Of a stretch of 64,000 nucleotides of DNA, positions 57,467-64,000 are shown one piece after another. Position 1 is the first letter of the stretch. Every line of letters begins with the position of its first letter. The DNA lies in the IMG/VR virus record IMGVR_UViG_3300009149_000019, positions 1 to 64,000 of that record, one strand, 5' to 3'. A program made the translations under genes and the position numbers. The DNA is from a virus. The notes under the pieces were generated by a model. The model did no database searches and was not told where the DNA came from. It saw nothing but the letters and a program-made list of their open reading frames with translations.

Positions 57467-58600
57467 ATGGTTAATGTTGACGAAATGTTTGAGACAGTTG
57501 ATGACGTTCTTAAATGTGATACGTTACTAATAGCTTTACAGCACTTGTTGATACAGGCCACCAAAGAGTCTGACTTAGATTTACTTTATAGGCTTGATTG
57601 GTTAGGGGTATATCCACGCGTTTACAACAGTAGGGTAATGCAGAATGAGCGTAACATCCCATCTACACTAGTTGTGGGATCTTCTTATATACAATTGTTT
57701 CAGGGAGCAGGACATTCCATAGCTTTTCAGAGATTATGTTTATCCGTACACCCATCTTTAGACGCAGTTAAGCATTTCTTTTTAGTATTGAACATCTCGG
57801 GCGTAGCATGTGAAACAAGAAAGGAGTGGGAAAGAAGAACAGCATCCTTTTATATGTGTAATCGAGGGTTCGATTTAGACATACTGCGTTATCTTATTGA
57901 TAATCATGGGGCAGATGTTAATGAGCCATGTAAACACTTATTAGACAATGAAACAGAGTTTACTGCGTTACAGGCGCTATGTTTCTATGGACCTAAGGAC
58001 TTGTCACTCCAGGAGCTAGCAAACAGACTGTCTTTCCTATTAGAGCATGGAGCTGATATCAACAAGGCTGGTAGAGAGGATAGTGACCTGGCTTCTCCTC
58101 TTCGGCTTGCTATTCATGCCATGGCTCCCTTTGCCTTTGTGAGGAAACTTATCGAGGCGGGTGCTGATGTTAACATGATACAACAAACAAGTACTAGGTA
58201 TAACAGTCCCATTACCTATTCTATTATGGTATCGTCATACAGTGATCGTGGGAAGATAGACCTATTTCTTTTGTTTGCGGATCATGGAGTAAAGGCTGAG
58301 CATTTTTTATACGAACATCCAGACAGACACGATCTACCTAATAAGACTCCTGTAGAGTTCGTGGTTCGCTACTACGACGGCATTTCTATCTCCCTACTGG
58401 AAAAGCGTCTGCAGAAGATGTTGGGCATTGATAATGTATCATCCTTCTTTTGTAGATGGGCAATGTTGACAAATGGTGAAGACAAGAGGAAAAGATTGAT
58501 TGGAGAAAATTTCTTAAAAAGAAAAGCTGCCCAGATCAAAAGGAAGTTAAAGGAAGCCGCACGCGTAGACTTATTGGAGGTTATTGCTGGTCATGATTAA
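57467..58600 (+). CDS. ankyrin repeat protein
   Basis: YLIDNHGADVN, LLEHGADIN, SPLRLAI...LIEAGADVN. Confidence 0.88.
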   Translation: MVNVDEMFETVDDVLKCDTLLIALQHLLIQATKESDLDLLYRLDWLGVYPRVYNSRVMQNERNIPSTLVVGSSYIQLFQGAGHSIAFQRLCLSVHPSLDAVKHFFLVLNISGVACETRKEWERRTASFYMCNRGFDLDILRYLIDNHGADVNEPCKHLLDNETEFTALQALCFYGPKDLSLQELANRLSFLLEHGADINKAGREDSDLASPLRLAIHAMAPFAFVRKLIEAGADVNMIQQTSTRYNSPITYSIMVSSYSDRGKIDLFLLFADHGVKAEHFLYEHPDRHDLPNKTPVEFVVRYYDGISISLLEKRLQKMLGIDNVSSFFCRWAMLTNGEDKRKRLIGENFLKRKAAQIKRKLKEAARVDLLEVIAGHD

Positions 58601-59540
58601 AAAAGAAATAAAGAAAAATTTGCTCCATGAGTTTGTAGAAAAGGCACAGAAAACCACAAACGGTTATGAGGTTATGGAATATCTGGTTACCCTTTGCGTG
58701 ACGAGTAGCCCAAATGATGTAAAAATGTGTAAGTGGTTATTAGATCAGGGCTTTAATTTTCCTGAATACCTTCTTAAAAATAGAGAAAACTTTCTGTACA
58801 GGATTGTCGGCCGGATTAGTGATGACAACGTTGATTATATCCGTGCGTCACTGCCGATGGGGGTTATTGGTAAGTATGAGACTGTGGAAATGAAAAAGAA
58901 CTCCTACAATGGCGCTTTTATCTCTAACCATCTTTCATATAATAAAACGCCAAGTATAAAAGTTGTACAATTTTTTATTGATAATGGTTGTGCCATAAAT
59001 GTACCAGTTAGAGGGACACATGATCCACCATTGTTAGTAGCTGTTTGTGAGGTTAAGCACAATTCCCTTCCTTTCGTACAACTTTTACTCAAAGCTGGTG
59101 CAGACCCAAACAACAGCTATGGGCGGCCTGATGGGGTCAGCACACTTACCCCCTTAATGGCAGCTTGTAAGATGAGGAAGGTTGACGTGGTTACTGCCTT
59201 GCTTGAGGCTGGAGCACGCATCCCTAAGGTAAAAAAAGGAGAAGACTGCCCTTTGATGCATTCTATGTTTTCTGGATGGCGGGATAACACCCAACATGGT
59301 AAGTCTGAAAGGATATTTAATATCCTTATGAAGCATGGGTATGACTCTTCTCTTCTCTACCGACCTGTTATGGAAGGACGTACTCCAATACATAATATAA
59401 TAAGGTTTCGTTCTATTAAGTCACAGGCATCGACACTGAAAAAGTTATATGGCAAAAAGAGAGCATCTTCTATTGTGATGTCTTGGAGTATAGATAATCA
59501 GGAAGATAGGTATTCTGAATTACTCTCTGCTCTCTCTTGA
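58584..59540 (+). CDS. ankyrin repeat protein
   Basis: PPLLVAV..LLLKAGADPN, TPLMAAC..LLEAGA. Confidence 0.88.
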   Translation: MLVMIKKEIKKNLLHEFVEKAQKTTNGYEVMEYLVTLCVTSSPNDVKMCKWLLDQGFNFPEYLLKNRENFLYRIVGRISDDNVDYIRASLPMGVIGKYETVEMKKNSYNGAFISNHLSYNKTPSIKVVQFFIDNGCAINVPVRGTHDPPLLVAVCEVKHNSLPFVQLLLKAGADPNNSYGRPDGVSTLTPLMAACKMRKVDVVTALLEAGARIPKVKKGEDCPLMHSMFSGWRDNTQHGKSERIFNILMKHGYDSSLLYRPVMEGRTPIHNIIRFRSIKSQASTLKKLYGKKRASSIVMSWSIDNQEDRYSELLSALS

Positions 59541-59566
59541 CATCCAGTAAAGAATCCTGATATGAT
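59537..59566 (+). promoter_or_regulatory. sigma70-type promoter for the protease gene
   Basis: TTGACA-18 nt-TATGAT with an extended -10 TG. Confidence 0.65.
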
Positions 59567-59593
59567 AGAGGCTACTATCAATAGGAGGATTCT

Positions 59594-60454
59594 ATGGAAA
59601 CATTTGCAACTGGATGGCTACCTGATTTTCCTGATATCAGAGATTACACAATGGACACTGAAGAGGTTAAACCAATTTTTGCGGCTGTCTGTAAGAATGG
59701 AACTACCCCACAGTCTACTGTTGACTTGAGGGAATGGTTCTCTCCGGTAGAAAATCAAGGAAGTATTGGTTCGTGTACTGCACATGCAGCAATCGGTCTT
59801 CTTGAGTACTGTGAGAGACGGGCTTTTGGAAAACATGTTGATGCCTCACGGCTGTTCACCTATAAAGTGACCAGAAAACTGATGGGAGTTACAGGAGACA
59901 CAGGTGCATTCTTGAGAACTGTTATGGGCGCTTTAACTATGTTTGGTGCTCCTCCAGAAAAGTTTTATCCCTATGTTGAGGCTAAGTATGATGATGAGCC
60001 TGATCAATTTGTGTATGCGTTAGCCCGTAATTACCAGGCTACCAAGTATGTCAGATTGGATCCTCCAGGCTCAACAAGAGCACAACTAATGGAAGGGATT
60101 AAAGCTAATCTCTGTAATGGCCTTCCTTCAATGTTCGGTTTCTCCGTGTACAGATCCTTGTACAATCCAGATGTCTCTAAGAGTGGCAAGATCCCATATC
60201 CTGCAAAGGGAGAAAAGGGGGATGGTGGCCATGCTATCGTATGCTGCGGGTATATTGATGACATGGAGATCATCAATCCTTACGATATGCATAAAACTAA
60301 GGGCGCCTTCATCATAAGGAATTCTTGGGGAACTGGCTGGGGTAATCAAGGATACGGATTCCTTCCCTATGAGTATGTTGAGAAAGGTATTGCTATTGAC
60401 TGGTGGACGCTTATTAATGCAGAATGGGTGGATACTAACCAGTTCGGCGTTTAG
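59594..60454 (+). CDS. papain-like C1A cysteine protease (xylellain-like)
   Basis: GWLPD.PD.RD, VDLR, NQGSIGSC (catalytic Cys), GGHA, IRNSWG. Confidence 0.95.
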   Translation: METFATGWLPDFPDIRDYTMDTEEVKPIFAAVCKNGTTPQSTVDLREWFSPVENQGSIGSCTAHAAIGLLEYCERRAFGKHVDASRLFTYKVTRKLMGVTGDTGAFLRTVMGALTMFGAPPEKFYPYVEAKYDDEPDQFVYALARNYQATKYVRLDPPGSTRAQLMEGIKANLCNGLPSMFGFSVYRSLYNPDVSKSGKIPYPAKGEKGDGGHAIVCCGYIDDMEIINPYDMHKTKGAFIIRNSWGTGWGNQGYGFLPYEYVEKGIAIDWWTLINAEWVDTNQFGV

Positions 60455-60476
60455 GCCAGGACACTATTAAATAATC

Positions 60477-60511
60477 AAAGGACCGGACAACTGCCCGGTC
60501 CTTTTTCTTTT
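60477..60511 (+). terminator. Rho-independent terminator
   Basis: AAAGGACCGG-ACAACTGC-CCGGTCCTTT-TTCTTT. Confidence 0.8.
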
Positions 60512-60521
60512 AGGAGGAACT

Positions 60522-60869
60522 ATGGAACTATTTTGTCCTTATTGTGGAGAGAAGACACAGTTCATTGCAGGTGTCCATGTCTCCGAGAGTTGGCTTGTAT
60601 CAAATGATGGAGAGTTTACTGAACCCGTAGATAATGGAAACAATAATGTGATTAGGGGCCCGTTCGGCTTTGAGTGTGCTAACTGCCAAATGCCTGCAGT
60701 TGATCTTGACAAGAGCTACAAAGTTGCGATAGCTGCTTATAGGAAGTATTATAAGAAATGTAATCCTCTCCCAGACTGTGCTATTAAGGAAAAATTGCTG
60801 TCGCAAGATATTTGTGAGGTAGAAAGGGAAGCATTAGCTTCTCTGTTAAAACGTAAAAGGAGAAGGTAA
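60522..60869 (+). CDS. Zn-ribbon protein carrying the shared C-terminal motif
   Basis: CPYC...CANC. Confidence 0.7.
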   Translation: MELFCPYCGEKTQFIAGVHVSESWLVSNDGEFTEPVDNGNNNVIRGPFGFECANCQMPAVDLDKSYKVAIAAYRKYYKKCNPLPDCAIKEKLLSQDICEVEREALASLLKRKRRR

Positions 60870-61855
60870 TGGCGTCATCAAAGAAAAGTAGAAGGCACCG
60901 GGTACAGGCTTCATATGCGAGTGCACTCTTTGGGTATATACATAAAGCATCAGACGCAGTAAGAAACATGCCACAGAAAGAGAGTGACCAGCTATCTAAA
61001 TGTTTTGACATTATTACGGATTGTGCTTTAGCCCTACCTGCCGATGTTAGGAAGGATATAGCACGCAAATGGCTCCAGTGGGCGCCTATTGACATGTGTC
61101 AGCCAAAAGGGCTGCTACCTCTTATTAGAGACGGATTAATACTGGGATCTGACTTACAGCATACGGGGTCTCCGTCAATCCTTTATAAAATTATAAAGTG
61201 CTTACCTAAAAAAATAGAGGCGGGTACCTTATCGGTGATCAGAGAGCTTCTATCAACTGGGGCATGTCCAAATGAGGTGTGTGACTACGTCTCTCTACTA
61301 GAGATTGCTACCACTCGCAATGTAATAGAGGTGGTAAGGCTCTTACTTGATGCTGGTGCAAATCCAGAGTGTGATACTAGGTCCGCACCGTCTCAAGAAA
61401 GGGAAGGAGGTCCAATTGATATTGCGTTATACCATGGGTTTATTGAGTGCGCCACTTTACTGTATGAGGCTGGAGCTCCTTTAGCAGTAAATGTTACTGA
61501 AGGATCACATACTCCTGTAGTAGTTGGCACTAGTTTATGTGGTCCACCTAGAACCATAAAGACAGCTATGTGTATGGCTTACTGGATTAAGCAGGAGAAG
61601 GACCGGGGTGCTGCGGGGCATGGTATTGACAATCTAGAGTTAAACATCGTTGCACGCTTACTAGTTCAACATGTTTTAGTAAAATATCCACCAGCCCCCA
61701 CGTTAAAAATTCTAAGTATTCTGTTCCCACAGAATGGTTCTTCGGTTATTAAAGCATTTACTTTAGATAAAGATCCGGCTATTAGGGAGGCTGCTGTAGC
61801 GCTTCTTATGTACAGTGATACCTATCCTAAAAATAAGTTGCAAAAGGAAAAATAG
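60869..61855 (+). CDS. ankyrin repeat protein
   Basis: ELLSTGACPN, VVRLLLDAGANP, PIDIALYHG. Confidence 0.85.
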   Translation: MASSKKSRRHRVQASYASALFGYIHKASDAVRNMPQKESDQLSKCFDIITDCALALPADVRKDIARKWLQWAPIDMCQPKGLLPLIRDGLILGSDLQHTGSPSILYKIIKCLPKKIEAGTLSVIRELLSTGACPNEVCDYVSLLEIATTRNVIEVVRLLLDAGANPECDTRSAPSQEREGGPIDIALYHGFIECATLLYEAGAPLAVNVTEGSHTPVVVGTSLCGPPRTIKTAMCMAYWIKQEKDRGAAGHGIDNLELNIVARLLVQHVLVKYPPAPTLKILSILFPQNGSSVIKAFTLDKDPAIREAAVALLMYSDTYPKNKLQKEK

Positions 61856-61896
61856 TTATGCTACTATTAAATAATAAGTTGGGGGAAGGGGAATAT

Positions 61897-62079
61897 ATGA
61901 ACAACGTACATACTGCTACAGTACAGAAAAATTTGTCGGGGATGACATCAAAAAAGCTTGTGTGTCTTTTGTGTACTACTGTGTTACCACGGGAGACGGT
62001 TATTGAGATAGAGCGTATTCTTTCTCAGAGAAAGTCTTCTGGAAAGTTTACATTCTTTTCAGCAAAAACAAGGAGATAA
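61897..62079 (+). CDS. small protein consisting largely of the shared motif
   Basis: ATG 61897 after AAGGGG. Confidence 0.55.
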   Translation: MNNVHTATVQKNLSGMTSKKLVCLLCTTVLPRETVIEIERILSQRKSSGKFTFFSAKTRR

Positions 62080-62082
62080 ATA

Positions 62083-62274
62083 ATGCACGAAAAAATACCA
62101 TTTGCTCTCCTTAACGAGGAGATCAGTGATCTTTCTGCTATGGAAGAAGCCCTTAGGGCCCTTCAGGATGATCACCCGGATGACCTTGACTTAGAGCTTA
62201 CTTTGGAACAAACCATTTCCAGAAAGATATACTTGGAAAATGTGCTTGTACGACTAGTGAAGGAGGCCTCATGA
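62083..62274 (+). CDS. small helical hypothetical protein
   Basis: AAGGAG SD; coupled to the next gene. Confidence 0.65.
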   Translation: MHEKIPFALLNEEISDLSAMEEALRALQDDHPDDLDLELTLEQTISRKIYLENVLVRLVKEAS

Positions 62275-62855
62275 AGGGAAGGATTTCTCGCTGGGCCTAC
62301 ATTATTTTAGTACTTGTTGGTACGGCCGTTAGTGTTGGGATGAGCATCTATCTCTGTAAATGCATGCAGGTCCTTTCCATGCCCTGGCCGTGCTTCCTGT
62401 TCTTTAGTTGGGCTGTTGGTACATCAATCCCGTTTTGGATAGGTGTTACTATGAGGCGTGCTCTTTATGATCCGGATGAATCCACATATGGAAAGATTTG
62501 GGGAGATACTATGTCTGTGGGAGAGGTGTCTCTTCTCGTTAGAAGCTTACCAGACCGTTACCTCAAAGCTATAAGTTTGAGCTCAACCATTCCCCCTCTT
62601 CTGAGGGATGTAGTGGCGTTTGAGCTAGTGCTTAGAACAAAGAAGGGTACTAATGAGTATTCGGGCTTTGTTCATACTATGGTATTGGTACGTAATATAT
62701 CTAAAATAGTCGAGGGGTGGGGTGTTATATTTGTAATAGGCGGATTACCTCTAATGGCCCTGGGTCTAAGTTGGCCTTTATTTGTTGGTATATCCCTCGT
62801 CTCCCTAGGTATTGGCTTTACTGTCATGTCTCCCTTCTCTTCTTTCACAATTTAA
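62271..62855 (+). CDS. membrane protein, 4 TM segments
   Basis: Two TM pairs flank a soluble loop that carries the shared motif. Confidence 0.7.
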   Translation: MKGRISRWAYIILVLVGTAVSVGMSIYLCKCMQVLSMPWPCFLFFSWAVGTSIPFWIGVTMRRALYDPDESTYGKIWGDTMSVGEVSLLVRSLPDRYLKAISLSSTIPPLLRDVVAFELVLRTKKGTNEYSGFVHTMVLVRNISKIVEGWGVIFVIGGLPLMALGLSWPLFVGISLVSLGIGFTVMSPFSSFTI

Positions 62856-62876
62856 GATCATCCATTAGGAGGAACT

Positions 62877-63353
62877 ATGGAATCATCGTTGCATGATGTC
62901 ATGCACAGTTTTCACTATGGCCTATTTCTTGAAAAGGCCTTGATGCTTGCTACTTACTATCATAAAGGACAAGTAGACATTTCAGGGCAGCCGTACATTA
63001 TGCATTTACTTAGTGTAGCTTCACGTGTAGAGACAGTAAGACAGAAAACTATTGCTGTTCTCCATGATATTCTGGAGGACACTGATATCCCTGAGCATAT
63101 TCTTAGTGTCTACTTTCGATCAGACATTGTGGATGGGGTAGTGGCCTTAACAAGACGAGGGGGGGTATACTATGATGACTACATTGACGGAATTATGAAT
63201 CATTACGATCCCGATGTTGTCCTCATTAAAATTGCTGATTTGAGACATAACTGTGATCCTATCAGACTAGGAATACTGAAGGATCACGATGTAACACGTA
63301 TGAATAAGTACATGAAGGCTCTTGGGAAACTTGAACAGACCCTAAGAGACTAA
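62877..63353 (+). CDS. RelA/SpoT-type HD hydrolase (small alarmone hydrolase/Mesh1-like)
   Basis: HKGQVD..GQPYIMH, AVLHDILEDT, VVALT, IKIADLRHN. Confidence 0.88.
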   Translation: MESSLHDVMHSFHYGLFLEKALMLATYYHKGQVDISGQPYIMHLLSVASRVETVRQKTIAVLHDILEDTDIPEHILSVYFRSDIVDGVVALTRRGGVYYDDYIDGIMNHYDPDVVLIKIADLRHNCDPIRLGILKDHDVTRMNKYMKALGKLEQTLRD

Positions 63354-63377
63354 TTACCATAAGGTTAGGAGGAACCA

Positions 63378-64000
63378 ATGAGAACCATTTTGTTTCTGTT
63401 GTTGACTGTAATGATCTTATTACAGCCTATTTCCATTTTTGCGAAACCATCAGTCGACATCTACATGTATGACGGTGATGACGAGACTATCTATGTCGAT
63501 GTGGATATGCCAGACGACGTAGACTGGGTAATCAAGGTACGGTTAAACGGCTATACCGCAGACACTTTTGTTGCTTCCGGTGACCGTAATAAGCATTATA
63601 ACATTGATGATGAGCTTGATGGAAATCCTAGTAACATCGAGATCCTTGTGCAAGGTGACGGTGATGGCTACGGATGGGAAGATTTAGCTAGTGAAGACTT
63701 TAAGCGTGAGACTTCTGCACCAACCTATGATTTAGATGTAGAGGTAAGCCCACGGGGGTCAGGGACTGTTACGGTAACACCTGATAATGACGACTACTCC
63801 TTTGATCAGGGTGTTGTATTGGAGGCCCATGCTAATGAGGGGTACACGTTTGATAGGTACGAATCTGACGAGTGGGGTACATCCTATGATGGTTCTTGCT
63901 ATGGAGAGCATATTAGGGAAGACGTAGACGTAATTGCATATTTCAATGCTGCTACCCCTCCTGACGGCTCTGGTGGTGACAATGACGATCAGGATCCTAT
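63378..64000 (+). CDS. secreted acidic protein with an InlB B-repeat-like domain, truncated by the window end
   Basis: Not in the ORF track; AGGAGG SD; signal peptide MRTILFLLLTVMILLQPISIFA; YDLDVEVSPRGSGTVTV...LEAHANEGYTFDRY. Confidence 0.75.
   Translation, partial: MRTILFLLLTVMILLQPISIFAKPSVDIYMYDGDDETIYVDVDMPDDVDWVIKVRLNGYTADTFVASGDRNKHYNIDDELDGNPSNIEILVQGDGDGYGWEDLASEDFKRETSAPTYDLDVEVSPRGSGTVTVTPDNDDYSFDQGVVLEAHANEGYTFDRYESDEWGTSYDGSCYGEHIREDVDVIAYFNAATPPDGSGGDNDDQDP

Noticed and set aside
947-61095. Numerous minus-strand ORFs of 60-170 aa
   Set aside because: Nearly all are antisense shadows of well-supported + strand genes and have no recognisable motifs
1-64000. Bacterial chromosome origin suggested by rpoB/rpoC, gyrA/gyrB, recA and polA
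   Set aside because: No ribosomal or metabolic context; gp32-like SSB, Gam, Gp88, reversed rpoC-rpoB order and one-strand dense hypotheticals point to a large phage
1-64000. tRNA genes, CRISPR arrays, integrase/transposase, phage-nucleus shell or tubulin genes
   Set aside because: None recognised by eye; diverged examples cannot be excluded without searches

Overview
This window looks like part of a large (jumbo-type) tailed bacteriophage genome. About 85 densely packed genes all lie on the + strand, with strong AGGAGG Shine-Dalgarno sites and frequent ATGA/TAATG overlaps. The standard genetic code fits, and I saw no rRNA, tRNA, CRISPR array or virion structural genes. The core replication, recombination and transcription genes are: type IIA topoisomerase B and A subunits, SbcD/SbcC, a family A DNA polymerase fused to a UDG domain, a gp32-like SSB, RecA/UvsX, a Holliday junction resolvase, a Gam-like protein, and unsplit multisubunit RNA polymerase beta' and beta subunits. 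Accessory genes include three AAA+ ATPases (a Ycf46/DUF1257/DUF2997 module, a MoxR-type with a peptidase-vWA partner, and an orphan), three radical SAM enzymes plus Gp88, and a GGQ release-factor domain. There are also two HD hydrolases, a metallophosphoesterase, a papain-like protease and 6-7 ankyrin proteins. The main unexplained signals are: (1) a degenerate ~30-aa two-helix motif at or near the C-terminus of about 14 otherwise unrelated accessory proteins, possibly a shared sorting or docking tag; (2) a ~400-nt highly base-paired intergenic RNA candidate at 5200-5600; (3) a 15-aa copy of the MoxR AAA arginine-finger segment inside an unrelated protein, with 9 synonymous changes against 1 non-synonymous; (4) terminator-like hairpins with unrelated stems but TATAATG/TATATAA loops. 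All family assignments are by motif recognition by eye; no searches were run.
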